DNA of 32,000 bases from Buchnera aphidicola str. APS (Acyrthosiphon pisum) (lineage in GTDB: Bacteria > Pseudomonadota > Gammaproteobacteria > Enterobacterales > Enterobacteriaceae): positions 570,001-602,000 of the forward strand of contig NC_002528.1 in NCBI RefSeq assembly GCF_000009605.1, written 5' to 3'. Below, piece after piece: positions 1-12,080 of this stretch. Position 1 is the stretch's first letter; each line of letters begins with the position of its first letter. A program made the position numbers and the translations under genes. Below the pieces are notes generated by a model. That model was not told the DNA's origin. It saw only the letters and a list, made by a program, of their open reading frames with translations, and made no database searches.

Positions 1-133
1 ATATTATATGGTATAGTATTTTTTCTATCTATTTTGATTTATTTTAACAAAAAATACGAAAGAGTTATATAAAAATTATTTATAATAAAAAATATCTGCA
101 TTAAAAATAAACTAGAAGAAAATTCTGGTTTAT

Positions 134-1141
134 TTAAAATAATGGAATTAATCCTAATTTATCATATACTTTTGTTAAAGTTTTATTAGATTTTAATTGA
201 GATTTCATGGCGCCTTCATAAGCTATCTTTTTTAAATAAACTTCATCATTACGATAATCATTATAAGATTTTTGTAATTTATATAAAAATTTAGACAAGT
301 GATCTGCAACAATATTTTTGAACTCTGAGTATAGCATACCTTCTAGTTCTTTGAGTAAAATATCAATATCTTTATTAGTAATGGCTGAAAGAATTTCTAA
401 TAAATTTGAAATACCTGGTTTCTTTTCTATATCATAGTATATTTTCGATGGTGTTTCTGAATCAGTATAAGCGTTTTGTATTTTTGAGATAACAGTTTTT
501 ATATCGTCTAATAAAAAAATTACATTCTTTTTATTTATATCCGATTTAGACATTTTTTTACTTGGTTCTAATAAAGACATAATTTTAGAACCATGTTGAG
601 TAATTAATGGTTTAGGTAATGTGAATACATGACCATATAAAGAATTAAAACGATGAGCTATATTTCGTGTTAATTCTACATGCTGTTTTTGATCTTGCCC
701 TACCGGAACAAAATTAGTTTGATATAGTAAAATATCTGCTGCCATCAAAATCGGATAATTAAATAAAGCTGCATTTATTTTTTTTGAACAATTGCTTTTT
801 ATCTTAAATTGTGTCATACGAAGTAATTCTGAAAATTGACTAAAACAATTTAAAATCCAATTCAGTTGGCTATGTTGGTAAACATGAGATTGAATGAAAA
901 TAATGCTTTTTTGGGGATCTACACCACAGGATAAATAAAAAGATATTGTATCTAGTATAGATTTATTTAAATGAATTTTATTTTTCTGTATAGTCAACGC
1001 ATGTAAATCAGCAATACAGTACAGACACTCATAATTATTTTGCATTTTCGACCAATGACGCATTGTTCCTATATAGTTTCCAATAGTCAAGTTTCCGGAA
1101 GGTTGTACAGCACTAAGTAAAATAGGTTTCGATAAAATCAT
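134..1141 (-). CDS. trpS: tryptophanyl-tRNA synthetase
   Basis: ORF frame gives MILSKPILLSAVQPSGNLTIGNYIG... (class I aaRS N-terminus) and KMSKS motif (KKMSKSD). Start chosen at the internal Met (1141); about 335 aa, matching E. coli TrpS length. Confidence 0.96.
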   Translation of the reverse strand: MILSKPILLSAVQPSGNLTIGNYIGTMRHWSKMQNNYECLYCIADLHALTIQKNKIHLNKSILDTISFYLSCGVDPQKSIIFIQSHVYQHSQLNWILNCFSQFSELLRMTQFKIKSNCSKKINAALFNYPILMAADILLYQTNFVPVGQDQKQHVELTRNIAHRFNSLYGHVFTLPKPLITQHGSKIMSLLEPSKKMSKSDINKKNVIFLLDDIKTVISKIQNAYTDSETPSKIYYDIEKKPGISNLLEILSAITNKDIDILLKELEGMLYSEFKNIVADHLSKFLYKLQKSYNDYRNDEVYLKKIAYEGAMKSQLKSNKTLTKVYDKLGLIPLF

Positions 1142-1163
1142 TTTATATTTCCTAAATAAAATG

Positions 1164-1850
1164 TTAGTGAATAGACCTAGAATGAGCGTATTCCAATTTT
1201 TTTCGAATTTTTTCAATAACAAGTTTATAATTAGAATATTTAAACAATCCAGACCCCATAACAAAAACATTAGCTCCAGCACACGCAATATCTGCAATAT
1301 TGTCTAATTTTACACCACCATCTACTTCTAAAAGAATATCAGAAAAATTAGCATCAATAATTTTTCTTACTTCACGTAATTTATTAAATGTAGATGGTAG
1401 AAAAGATTGATTTCCAAATCCTGGATTTACTGACATTAATAAAATTAAATCTAATTTTTCTAATATATAATCAAGAAAATTAAGAGGTGTAGCAGGGTTA
1501 AATGCCAATCCCGCTTTGCATCCGTTTTCTTTAATTAAATTTAATGTTCGTTCAATATGAAGTGTAGCTTCTGGATGAAAGGTAATAAAAGTTGCTCCTG
1601 CTTTAGCAAATTGAGGGATTAAATTATCCACTGGTTTCACCATTAAATGAACATCGATTGGTGCCGTAATATTATAATTACGTAATGATTCTAAGATCAT
1701 AGGTCCCATGCTTAAGTTTGGTACATAGTGATTATCCATAACATCAAAATGTATTAAATCACTTCCTGCATCTATTACTTTTTTTATATCTTCTCCTAAG
1801 CGTGCAAAATCAGCGGATAAAATTGATGGAGCTAAAAAAAACTTATTCAT
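1164..1850 (-). CDS. rpe: ribulose-phosphate 3-epimerase
   Basis: 228 aa; [47 protein letters not shown] and [11 protein letters not shown] motifs. Confidence 0.97.
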   Translation of the reverse strand: MNKFFLAPSILSADFARLGEDIKKVIDAGSDLIHFDVMDNHYVPNLSMGPMILESLRNYNITAPIDVHLMVKPVDNLIPQFAKAGATFITFHPEATLHIERTLNLIKENGCKAGLAFNPATPLNFLDYILEKLDLILLMSVNPGFGNQSFLPSTFNKLREVRKIIDANFSDILLEVDGGVKLDNIADIACAGANVFVMGSGLFKYSNYKLVIEKIRKKLEYAHSRSIH

Positions 1851-2733
1851 CTTAATTGTCCTGTCTTTAACTTATATTAAGTTATTATAATAATGATTTT
1901 TTCTAATGTTTTTCAGTATAAAAAAATAGAACACTGGGATTTTATAAAATTAAAAAATTTTTATATAATACAAGAGCTAGTCAAAAACATCTTGATTTAA
2001 TCAAAAAAAGAAGTAGATTTTTAAATAGATTCCATAAATAATACTAATCTTTTTTTATAAAAATAAAAATAATTAATATTCTATCTAGTATAATTCTTAT
2101 ATTTAGATAAAAAAAGTAGATTCGAGGATATCAAGAAATAAATTTTTATTTTTAATTTAGTATCATAAGAAGGATGGATAAAAACTGATTTTAAATATCT
2201 TCAAACAATTGTTATAATTTTTTATAACCCTGATAAACAGACACCAAACTTCATTTTCATGTTGATATCATCTGCTATTAGGAGTATCTATTTAAATGCA
2301 GATATATTTTTGTGCATTATAATTATTAAAGCTACTATTTAACATATAAAAAAGTATAGAATAAATATAAAGATAATAATTATATTTAATGTGTAAAATC
2401 ATAATGTAGAAAATGTAAATAGTATATCAAATGTACTTTTTTCTAAAAAAATTTTAATAGTATCGTCTGATATTCCACAATTTCTCCTTGCTAACTTTAA
2501 AATAGAGAATTTTTATAAAGTATTTACATACTTATATTAATTGTTTTAAAATAGCAATATTTTAAAAAATATTGTTTTTACTCTCCATAGTTTTATTTTT
2601 ATAGTTTAAAATATATTAATTATAAAATTATGTAATTTCTTCTTAAAAGAATAAAACTATAAGAGCAAAATAGTAAAAGCTACATAATTATATATGATAT
2701 ATAAATAATTTTAATAGTTTAGATGGTCAAAAT

Positions 2734-3825
2734 TTATTGAGAATGTTTAATAGCGGTTAAAATAATATTTTTATCTATATTGCTATAAATTTCTGCTTTT
2801 CCAATAGAAAGTGGTAAAACTAATCTCATTTCTCCCGAAATTACTTTTTTATCTCTCATCATATAGGGAAGATATGAAGCAGCAGACATGTTTTTCGGTC
2901 CCTTTATGGGTAGACCGGTTCTTTTTAATAATACAAGTATTCTTTTAAAATCTATTGTTTTTAAGTGTCCTAGCAATTCGGATGTACGTGCAGCCATAAC
3001 CATTCCTACTGATATTGCCTCCCCATGAAGCCAATTGCCATAACCCGCGTGAACTTCAATAGCGTGACCATATGTATGACCAAGGTTTAATAATGCTCTT
3101 AAATTATTTTCTCTTTCATCTAAAGCAATTAATTGTGATTTTAATTCACAACACTTCTTTATACAATAAGACATGGCTGTATGATTAAGAGATAAAATAG
3201 ATTCAATGTTTTCTTCTAACCAACAAAAAAACGTTTTATCAAAAACAATAGCATATTTGATTACTTCTGCCATACCAGATACTAATTCATTATATGGTAG
3301 GGTCTTCAGACAATCAATATCAATAATCACTGAAGACGGTTGCCAAAAAGAGCCAATCATATTTTTTCCAAGTAAATGATTAACGGCTGTCTTTCCACCA
3401 ACAGATGCATCAACTTGAGATAAAAGAGTAGTCGGTATTTGAATAAAACGTACACCTCTCTGATAAACAGAAGCAGCAAAGCCAGCTAAATCACCTATGA
3501 CACCTCCACCTAATGCAATTAAAGTTGTATCACGAGCGTGCTTTTTTTCTAATAAAGCAGAAATAATCAACTCCATCTCATTTAATGTTTTATATTGTTC
3601 GCCATCTGATAAAATTACTTGATCTATCTTAATTCCGGATTTTCTTAAATGATAAAAAACTTTATCTTTCAAAAGATTAGCTAGTGTTTTATTGGTCACT
3701 AGCATTGCTTGATCTCCGGGTTTTAAAGGCCAGAAAATATCATCTTCTTGAATAATACCAGCTCCTATACTAATAGGATAACTGCGTTCTCCTAGAACAA
3801 CTTGCAATCGTTCCACAATTTTCAT
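2734..3825 (-). CDS. aroB: 3-dehydroquinate synthase
   Basis: 363 aa; [65 protein letters not shown]. Confidence 0.98.
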   Translation of the reverse strand: MKIVERLQVVLGERSYPISIGAGIIQEDDIFWPLKPGDQAMLVTNKTLANLLKDKVFYHLRKSGIKIDQVILSDGEQYKTLNEMELIISALLEKKHARDTTLIALGGGVIGDLAGFAASVYQRGVRFIQIPTTLLSQVDASVGGKTAVNHLLGKNMIGSFWQPSSVIIDIDCLKTLPYNELVSGMAEVIKYAIVFDKTFFCWLEENIESILSLNHTAMSYCIKKCCELKSQLIALDERENNLRALLNLGHTYGHAIEVHAGYGNWLHGEAISVGMVMAARTSELLGHLKTIDFKRILVLLKRTGLPIKGPKNMSAASYLPYMMRDKKVISGEMRLVLPLSIGKAEIYSNIDKNIILTAIKHSQ

Positions 3826-3842
3826 ACTCCATAAATTCTTTA

Positions 3843-4364
3843 TTATATTTCTTCTAATAAACGAATTATATTAAAAGCTACAGATTTAGCACTTTGATCA
3901 TCAGTTTTAACTTTTATATCTGCAATTTCTTCATAGAAAGGATTTCTTTCATAAGCTAAATTTTCTAATATCATCCGATTTGAATCAGCATTCTGCAACA
4001 AGGGTCTTTTTTTATCTCTCTTAGTACGTGCTAATTGTTTCTCAATAGTAGTTTCTAAATAAACTACAATACCACGAGATGACAAAAAATTACGAGTTTC
4101 TCTAAATTTAACTGAACCTCCTCCTGTAGCAAGAACAATACCCTGTTTAGTAGTTAATTCATCAATAACTCTTTGTTCTCTCAAACGAAAACCACTTTCA
4201 CCCTCTACATCAAAAACCCAACTTATATCAGCACCAGTACGTTTTTCAATTTCTTGATCGGAGTCAAAAAATTCCATATTAAGTTGTTGAGATAATTGAC
4301 GACCAATAGTGCTTTTCCCAGCACCCATGGGCCCAACTAGAAAAATATTTCGTTTTTCTGCCAT
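3843..4364 (-). CDS. aroK: shikimate kinase I
   Basis: [28 protein letters not shown] (P-loop), [26 protein letters not shown]. Start taken at the internal Met (4364) rather than the TTG at 4400. Confidence 0.96.
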   Translation of the reverse strand: MAEKRNIFLVGPMGAGKSTIGRQLSQQLNMEFFDSDQEIEKRTGADISWVFDVEGESGFRLREQRVIDELTTKQGIVLATGGGSVKFRETRNFLSSRGIVVYLETTIEKQLARTKRDKKRPLLQNADSNRMILENLAYERNPFYEEIADIKVKTDDQSAKSVAFNIIRLLEEI

Positions 4365-4782
4365 ATTTTTATTACTAAGATAATTCGTTAATAATACCAA
4401 TGCTCAGCATACTTTGCTGGCAGGACATGAACACACGTTGAAAATAGAACAAAGTTAATTATTTTTTAAATAAATTAAAAATCATTTTAAAATGTAAAAA
4501 TATTATGTAAATTTCTATATTAAAAAACATTAATAAAATTATTTTAAATTAACGAGTGATGTATATTTTAAAAAAATTGTATTATTTTTTCATTAATAAA
4601 TTTAATCCTTCTTATTAGTACACTAAAAAGATAAAAATAATGATTTTTTAAAAAATATATTCTATCAGAATCAGTATAATTTTTTCTATTTTTATTTTAA
4701 ATAAAAACAATTTTTCTACTTACTATAAAAAAAATATTAGATATCTTTCAATAAAGATATAATACAAAATCAGTAAAAACTT

Positions 4783-4810
4783 GACGTAGTTTCTCTTTTT
4801 ATATTAGAAT
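4783..4810 (+). promoter_or_regulatory. candidate sigma-70-like promoter for tRNA-Ser
   Basis: TTGACG at 4783-4788 and TAGAAT at about 4805-4810, spacing about 16 nt, about 55 nt upstream of the tRNA. Confidence 0.4.
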
Positions 4811-4864
4811 ATTAAAGGTTATTTTTACTATTCTTCTATTATAGTAAATATATATATAAAAAAT

Positions 4865-4949
4865 GGTGAGGTGTCCGAGAGGCTTAAGGAGCACGCCTGG
4901 AAAGCGTGTATATGGAAACGTATCAAGGGTTCGAATCCCTTTCTCACCA
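4865..4949 (+). tRNA. tRNA-Ser (GGA anticodon)
   Basis: GGTGAGGTGTCCGAGAGGCTTAAGGAGCACGCCTGGAAAGCGTG...GGGTTCGAATCCCTTTCTCACC: class II tRNA with variable arm, anticodon loop CTGGAAA; closely resembles the E. coli serW type. CCA not encoded. Confidence 0.95.
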
Positions 4950-4966
4950 AAAAAAATAAAACACTT

Positions 4967-5671
4967 TTATAAAACAGATTCCAAGGCTAGTTCAATCATA
5001 TCATTAAAACTTGACTCTCTTTCCTTTGATGAAAGAAACTCTTTATTTGTAATATGATCAGATACTGTACATATCGATAATGCTTGAACTTTTAATTCAG
5101 AAGCCACTCCATATATTCCCGCAGTCTCCATGTCAACTCCAATAATATTATATTTTTTTAAAATATTTAGCATTTTTTTATCATCATTATAAAAAGAATC
5201 TGTTGTAAAAAAATTACCAATGGAGACTTTTATTTTCATTTTTTTTGAAATTGAGACTATATTATAAATCATATCAAAATCTGCAATGGCAGCAAAGTCA
5301 TGATCATTAAATCTTATTCTATTTACTTTAGAATCAGTAGAAGCTCCCATACTGATTACTATATCACGTAACTTTATATCATCTCGTACAGCACCACAAG
5401 TTCCTATACGAATAATTTTTTTTACATTAAATTCAATAATTAACTCTCTGGTATAGAGAGAAGCTGATGGTATTCCTATACCATGACTCATGATTGAAAT
5501 CTTTCTATTTTTATAAAATCCGGTATAAGCTAACATTAAACGAGTATCATTTACTTGAACAAAATTACTTAAATATTTTTCAGCAATATATTTTGCACGA
5601 ACTGGGTCTCCCGGCATTAAAACTATATCTGAAAAATCATCTTTTTTACTATTAATATGTGGAGTAGACAT
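4967..5671 (-). CDS. deoD: purine-nucleoside phosphorylase
   Basis: 234 aa; [72 protein letters not shown]. Confidence 0.97.
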   Translation of the reverse strand: MSTPHINSKKDDFSDIVLMPGDPVRAKYIAEKYLSNFVQVNDTRLMLAYTGFYKNRKISIMSHGIGIPSASLYTRELIIEFNVKKIIRIGTCGAVRDDIKLRDIVISMGASTDSKVNRIRFNDHDFAAIADFDMIYNIVSISKKMKIKVSIGNFFTTDSFYNDDKKMLNILKKYNIIGVDMETAGIYGVASELKVQALSICTVSDHITNKEFLSSKERESSFNDMIELALESVL

Positions 5672-5714
5672 TAATTTTTTCCTTTTTCAATATAAAAAAC
5701 TATACTTGAAAATT

Positions 5715-6938
5715 TTAAAGCATATTTTGACCATAAGACATATCAGTCAAAAGAAAATATTTTGCAATAGTTTGTCCTATATCCGCAAAAGTTTTACGAT
5801 GACCTAAAAAATTTTTTTTGATACCAGGTGAATAGATTAATACAGGAACGTTTTCTCGAGTATGATCAGTTCCTATCCATGTTGGATCACACCCATGATC
5901 CGCAGTTAAAATTAATAAATCATTTTTTTGAACTAAACTTATTATTTCAGATAATCTAGAATCAAAAAGTTCTAAACCTTTGGCATATCCCGAAACATCA
6001 CGACGATGCCCCCAGTTTGAGTCAAAATCTACTAGATTTGTAAAAACAATGGTATTGTTTAAAGCTTTTTTCATTTCATGAATAGTTGTACTACATAGTT
6101 CATAAAGTCCAGTAGATTTTATATTTTTACTTATCCCTATTCCACCATAAATATCAGAAACTTTACCAATTGCAATTACTTGTCCTTGTTTTTCATCTAT
6201 TAATTTTTTTATTACTGTCGTAGCGAAAGGTTTTATTGAAAAATCACGTCTATTACCTGTACGTTGAAATTGTAATTTATCATTTCCAATAAAAGGTCTT
6301 GCAATTACTCTTGCTACTTTGTAATTGTATCGATCTAAAATAAAACGAACAGTTTTGCATAATTTATAAAGATTTGATAAACCAAAAAACTCTTCATGAC
6401 ATGCTATTTGAAAAACAGAATCTGATGAAGTATATACAATAGGTTTTTTTGTTTGAATATGTTCTTCTCCTAAACGACTTATAATATCAGTTCCTGATGC
6501 ATGACAGTTTCCAATAAAACCTGTTAATTCAGACCTTATGATAATTTTTTCTAGCAAACTTTCAGGAAAACTATTCTGTTTTTCTTTAAAATAATACCAA
6601 TCATCTAGAACTGGAACTCCTGCAATTTCCCAATGTCCTGACGTGGTATCTTTTCCAGAAGAAATCTCGCTAGCAAAACCATAACTAGCAATAACATTAG
6701 AACTATAATTAAATCCTAGAGGATATTGTCCCGTAGATTCTTTAGCTGCATTAATTATTCCTAATTTTACTAAATTTGGAATACATAAAACACCCTTTCT
6801 TCCTACATTTGCTTCGCCTAAAAAACACTTTTCTACTATATGTCCAAATGTATTTGAACCAACATCATTAAACTTATCAGCATCAGGACTCGATCCTATT
6901 CCAAAAGAATCCAAAACAATTAAAAAAACTCTCTTCAT
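5715..6938 (-). CDS. deoB: phosphopentomutase
   Basis: 407 aa; [72 protein letters not shown]. Confidence 0.98.
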   Translation of the reverse strand: MKRVFLIVLDSFGIGSSPDADKFNDVGSNTFGHIVEKCFLGEANVGRKGVLCIPNLVKLGIINAAKESTGQYPLGFNYSSNVIASYGFASEISSGKDTTSGHWEIAGVPVLDDWYYFKEKQNSFPESLLEKIIIRSELTGFIGNCHASGTDIISRLGEEHIQTKKPIVYTSSDSVFQIACHEEFFGLSNLYKLCKTVRFILDRYNYKVARVIARPFIGNDKLQFQRTGNRRDFSIKPFATTVIKKLIDEKQGQVIAIGKVSDIYGGIGISKNIKSTGLYELCSTTIHEMKKALNNTIVFTNLVDFDSNWGHRRDVSGYAKGLELFDSRLSEIISLVQKNDLLILTADHGCDPTWIGTDHTRENVPVLIYSPGIKKNFLGHRKTFADIGQTIAKYFLLTDMSYGQNML

Positions 6939-6995
6939 AATTAAAATTCCAAAAATTTATCAAAAAAAATAGCTATCTTTTTGATTTTTTAAATA

Positions 6996-8588
6996 CTACT
7001 GCTCTCGTGTTGCATTAAAAGAAATATCAGAATTCTGACTCATGACTATATTTAAATTAGCAGAGCTAGGTGCTAAATATATTAAACTATTAGAAATATC
7101 ATATGCTAAATAAGAACTGTAACTTTTTTTTAAATTATAAAGGCTGTGATGATTTCCATAATTAATCCAGCGTGCAAGAACAATATTTACTTTTTTATAT
7201 ACTGCATCAATATTATATTCTATTCTTAAACGTTCAATAACAACATCAAATTGTAATATTCCAATAGCACCTAAAATTAAATCATTATTAAGAATCGGAC
7301 GGAATACTTGAACAGTGCCTTCTTCAGACAATTGAACTAAACCTTTTTTTAATTGTTTTTGTTTGAGAGGATTTTTTAAATAAATAAGACGAAAAATTTC
7401 TGGTGCAAAACTTGGTATACCAATAAACTTTATTTCTTCCCCTTGTGTAAAAGTATCTCCGATCTTAATTGTACCATGATTATGAAGACCTATAACATCA
7501 CCAGGATAAGCTTTATTTATTGATATTCTCTCTCCAGCTAAAAAAGAAAAAGCATCGGAAATGATTATATTTTTTTTTATTCTTACATGTGTTAATTTCA
7601 TTCCTTTTGTATACTGTCCTGAAACAATTCTCATAAATGCTATTCTATCACGGTGTTTTAAATCCATATTAGCTTGAATTTTAAATATAAAACCTGTAAA
7701 CTTTCTTTCTTGAGGTTTTATTATCCTTTTGTTACTTTGACGATATAATGGAGAAGGGGCCCATTTTATTAAACTATCTAACAAATGATCAATACCAAAA
7801 TTACCAAGAGCACTACCAAAAAAAATAGGAGTAGTAATACCTTTTAAAAATTTTTCCTTATTAAATTTTGAATATACATTCATGATTAATTCTAATTCTT
7901 GACGAATATGTATAGATAAGTCGGCTCCTAAGTATTCATTTAATGAACCATCTAAAAAACTATCTAAAGTTAAAAAATTTTTTCTAAATTTACTTTTATA
8001 TAAATGAATTATTTTATCATAAATGTGATAAACTCCTCGAAAATTCTTTCCACAACTTATTGGCCAACTAATAGGAATACAGTGTAATTTTAATTCTTTC
8101 TCAATTTCATCAAGAATTTCTATTGGATCTCGACTATCGCGATCTAATTTATTAATAAAAGTAATAATGGGAGTGTTGTGAATACGCGCAACATCCATTA
8201 GTTTTCTAGTTCGTTCTTCTATACCTTTAGCAGCATCAATTACGACTAAACAGCAATCTACGGCAGTAAGAATACGATATGTATCTTCCGAAAAATCTTG
8301 ATGACCAGGGGTGTCTAATAAATTCATTAAAATATTTTTGTATGTAAATTGCATAACTGAAGTTGTTATAGAAATTCCACGTTCTTTTTCAATATTCATC
8401 CAATCTGATTTAGCGTATTTTCCACTTCCTCTCCCTTTTATTGTTCCAGGAACACGAATTACTTTTCCAAAAAATAACATTTTTTCAGTAATAGTAGTTT
8501 TTCCAGCATCAGGATGAGAAATAATTGCAAAAGTTCTTCTTTTACTTAATTCCTGTTCATGATTTGAATCAAACATGTAGATACTCAT
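6996..8588 (-). CDS. prfC: peptide chain release factor 3
   Basis: 530 aa; [56 protein letters not shown]-like, [12 protein letters not shown]. Confidence 0.98.
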   Translation of the reverse strand: MSIYMFDSNHEQELSKRRTFAIISHPDAGKTTITEKMLFFGKVIRVPGTIKGRGSGKYAKSDWMNIEKERGISITTSVMQFTYKNILMNLLDTPGHQDFSEDTYRILTAVDCCLVVIDAAKGIEERTRKLMDVARIHNTPIITFINKLDRDSRDPIEILDEIEKELKLHCIPISWPISCGKNFRGVYHIYDKIIHLYKSKFRKNFLTLDSFLDGSLNEYLGADLSIHIRQELELIMNVYSKFNKEKFLKGITTPIFFGSALGNFGIDHLLDSLIKWAPSPLYRQSNKRIIKPQERKFTGFIFKIQANMDLKHRDRIAFMRIVSGQYTKGMKLTHVRIKKNIIISDAFSFLAGERISINKAYPGDVIGLHNHGTIKIGDTFTQGEEIKFIGIPSFAPEIFRLIYLKNPLKQKQLKKGLVQLSEEGTVQVFRPILNNDLILGAIGILQFDVVIERLRIEYNIDAVYKKVNIVLARWINYGNHHSLYNLKKSYSSYLAYDISNSLIYLAPSSANLNIVMSQNSDISFNATREQ

Positions 8589-9686
8589 TTAAAACACTTA
8601 ATATTAAATCATCGTATAAAATATAATACATAAAAAAGTATTATCTATCTAATGAAATAATCTTAAGAATTAAATTTTAATTTTATTAAATGTAATACTT
8701 TCATGATCTTGAGAACATAATACTCATAAATAAGAGTTAATGAATAAATAAAAAACTTATATATATTGCATATACAGATCGAACTAACAGTATAAAAAAA
8801 ATACAAATATAGGCGTCTTTCTATTTCTTAAATATTTTAAAAAACCTAAAAAAACCGAATTTTTATAGTAGAAAAAGACTAATTTTTATTGTAAAAGAAT
8901 GTTAACTATTAATTAATTCTCCTGATATATCATGAGCAAAATGAAAAAATCATCTCAGATGACACAGAAAAAACTTAAAAAAATTAGTAATTATATATAA
9001 ACTAGTTTACAAATTTCTCTATCAGAAATATAATCTGATAGTCGTGAGAATGCGTTGAACCCATTTCTCTCATAGTTTCAAACTATCCTATTAATACAGC
9101 AACTTTATTTTTTCATTAAGAACTATTAAATAAAAAAATAGAATAACTACATCGTCTACCTATATTTTTGATTCTTTTTTCTGTTATGAAAAACACTCTT
9201 AGAAGAAGTAAATATTAGTTACATTTATAAAAAGTAAAATAACAAGCAAAACAAAATCAAAGAATATAAAATAGCACCTTAACTTATTAGCATAATCACA
9301 ATTTATCCGCGCGTTTCCAGAAAGGTAATTCAAAATCTTTTATAGCCGTAAAAATATTGATTTCATATATATAAAGAAAAAGAAACGCACCTAAAAGTAG
9401 AAGTTTTTTGAAAGAACAATATCTTTCTGGACATAAAAAACATTATTATGCTTATAAATTTGACACAATTTGTATCTGTAAGAGTAAATATGAATCGATA
9501 TATAAAAAAAGGATCTTACAAAAGTTGAAAAAACTAGTAGATGGGATTTATTTAACAGAAGAATTTTCTTTAACTAAATTGCATTGCTTTTCGGTTAAAA
9601 CATCTTAAAAAAATTTATATTACAGTAAAAAATAATTTAATTAGTGAATTCACGCATATTTCGTGGCATCAGCAATATTTTTCAAA

Positions 9687-10265
9687 TTAATAAAATGAAT
9701 GTTGTCCGTGCAGATGATGTGTCTCATCATAAACTTTTTTTATTTCAGAAAAAGAAGATAATAATTTCTTCTCGACTGTTTCTTTTAAAGTTGATCCAAT
9801 CATTGAGCAGCCATTACAGCCTCCACTAAATTGTATTGCAGCAATTCCATTTTTATCTATTTTAATTAATTCAACTCTTCCTCCGTGCATTGATAACTGA
9901 GGATTGATTTCTAAATTTAAAAAACATTTTACTTTTTCTTCCAGTGATGATGAAACTTTTTTAGAAAAATTATTTTTAGCATATGGAGCTTTTAATGTTA
10001 ATTGAGATCCAATTTTATCAGTAACAAGATCGATCACTGAATTTTTTAAATAAGAAATTGTGTCTTTATTTACGTACACAAAAAATCCATCGTATTTTAA
10101 TTGAATATCAGATAGTTCTATTTCATTTTCTGGACAAAATGCAACACCGCATTCTGCATTAGGTGTACCCGGATTGACTATAAAAACACGTATTTGAGTA
10201 TTTTCGGGTTCATTTGATAAAAGTGATGTAAAATGTTCTTGTGCTTTTTTGGAGATATTAATCAT
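9687..10265 (-). CDS. nfuA: Fe/S biogenesis protein NfuA
   Basis: 192 aa; A-type-like N-terminal domain plus NifU-like [44 protein letters not shown] (CxxC). Confidence 0.96.
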   Translation of the reverse strand: MINISKKAQEHFTSLLSNEPENTQIRVFIVNPGTPNAECGVAFCPENEIELSDIQLKYDGFFVYVNKDTISYLKNSVIDLVTDKIGSQLTLKAPYAKNNFSKKVSSSLEEKVKCFLNLEINPQLSMHGGRVELIKIDKNGIAAIQFSGGCNGCSMIGSTLKETVEKKLLSSFSEIKKVYDETHHLHGQHSFY

Positions 10266-10828
10266 AATAGTTATTTAAAAAAGTTTTTATTTCATAGATT
10301 ATACTACTGATTTATTAAAAAAAACAAGACATTTAAGTTATAAATAAATATTTTCTTTAAAAGAAAATACTTTAGTTAATAAAAACACAAAAAATCAATA
10401 TCATTATATGTAGTTGATAAAAAAATCTAGAATTTGATTTTTTTATTATTAAAAATATGAAATTTTTACTTAACATTGTATATGTTAAAAAATTACTTAA
10501 TACAAATAAAATAAAAATTTATCTTTATCAAAGATAGATAAAACAATTAAATTGTTATAGTAGAATATATCTAAAAAGTTTATTGATTGAAAAAAATAAT
10601 ATTAAAAGAAAATAAAAATATTTTTACATTGAAAAACAGATCAGAAAAAATATATTATTTTTTTATCTAAACCTAATTGGAAATAATTAAAAAATAATTA
10701 AAAAAAGAGTCTTCAATTCATTGATATATAAAATATAAAATGCACTTAATGCTGATTTGAATAACATTAAGAAGAAAAAATAATTTACTCTTCAAAAATA
10801 GTTCATAAGGATTATGAAAAAATGCGTT

Positions 10829-10851
10829 GCCCCAAAAAATTGGGGCTTTTT
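10829..10851 (+). terminator. GC-rich terminator-like hairpin (GCCCCAA-AAAA-TTGGGGC + TTTTT)
   Basis: Perfect 7-bp stem at 10829-10835/10840-10846 with a 4-nt loop, T5 tract at 10847-10851. It lies about 30 nt past the ssb stop, which is read on the opposite strand, so orientation is ambiguous. Confidence 0.7.
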
Positions 10852-10877
10852 ATTGATTTGATTATTAAAATTTTTCA

Positions 10878-11393
10878 TTAAAAAGGAATTTCATCATCAA
10901 AATCTATTTCCGAAGGAGAATGAGTTAAATCTTTATTCGATTCATGTGTTTCTATCTTTTTATCAAACTCTACTGCATCTGTTTTTTTTATTTTTATTCC
11001 GGTACTGTTTTTGTCATTTACCGTCATTGCCTGCAAGTTAGAATTACGATTGCCTAACATTTGCATTGTACCACCAATATTTACAATAATTTCTGTTGTA
11101 TAACGTTCTAGTCCATTTTGATCTTGCCATTTTCTAGTTTGCAACGATCCTTCAATATACACTTGAGAACCTTTTCGAAGATATTCACCAGCAATTTCAG
11201 CTAATTTTCCAAATAAAACTATTCTATGCCATTCTGTTTTTTCTTTATTTTCACCAGTATTTTTATCTTTCCAGTTCTCTGAAGTAGCTAAAGTCATATT
11301 TACTACTGCATTACCATTAGGCATATAACGAACTTCGGGATCTTGACCTAAATGACCAATAAGAATAACTTTATTTACACCTCTACTTGCCAT
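10878..11393 (-). CDS. ssb: single-stranded DNA-binding protein
   Basis: 171 aa; [45 protein letters not shown]-terminal acidic DFDDEIPF tail. Confidence 0.98.
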
Positions 11394-11985
11394 AACAAAA
11401 ACTCCATTTTTTAAATTTCATCTAAAATACATTTCAATATGTAAAATGAAATTATACATGTTAAATATTTTATTTAGTATAATTTAATCTATAAAAATGC
11501 TATATTATTCTTTGAAAACTTTAAAATATATTAAATATTAACTTCTTATTATTTCTCGTCATTAATTTAAAATAAAAAAATTTTATAATTTTTACATCGT
11601 ACATTTGAAAAATAATATTCGTATTGAAAATAATTCGATGTTTCAATGTAAAAAATTACCTATAAATTTTGTTAAAACATTTATAATTTTTTAAATAATA
11701 ACATTATTATAAGTTTAATAATTTTTAAAATTATATTCCTTTCTAAAATAAATCAAAAATATAAATATAATATTTTAAAAGATGAATATTAAAATATTAT
11801 ATAAAAAAATAGCTATTTCTGATTAAAATAATATTTAAAAAAATCTATTATTTGTATACATTATAGTCTAATAATAAAAAAAGAAAAAATCATTTAAAAC
11901 AAGTACTAACAGTTCATATTAAATATATTTAATGATTTTTTATTTTTATAATTTAGACAAAAAAAAATAAAAAAATTTTCAAAAA

Positions 11986-12063
11986 ATGACTCAAATAGAT
12001 CAATCCATAGATGGTGTATTATTGCAATATTACGATATAATTTCACATAGATTCACTAAATAA
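11986..12063 (+). other. 25-codon leader ORF abutting the dnaB ORF (MTQIDQSIDGVLLQYYDIISHRFTK*)
   Basis: ATG at 11986 and TAA at 12061-12063. TAATG overlaps the upstream possible dnaB start at 12063. No homology recognised. Confidence 0.25.
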
Positions 12064-12080
12064 TGGTATATGCAATAAAT

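Noticed and set aside
4863-5057. + strand 64-aa ORF
   Set aside because: It reads through the tRNA-Ser gene and the antisense of deoD; no protein family.
8311-8517. + strand 68-aa ORF
   Set aside because: Antisense of the conserved G-domain of prfC; explained by that gene's composition.
9644-9829. + strand 61-aa ORF overlapping nfuA
   Set aside because: Mostly antisense to the nfuA 3' end, no recognisable motif.
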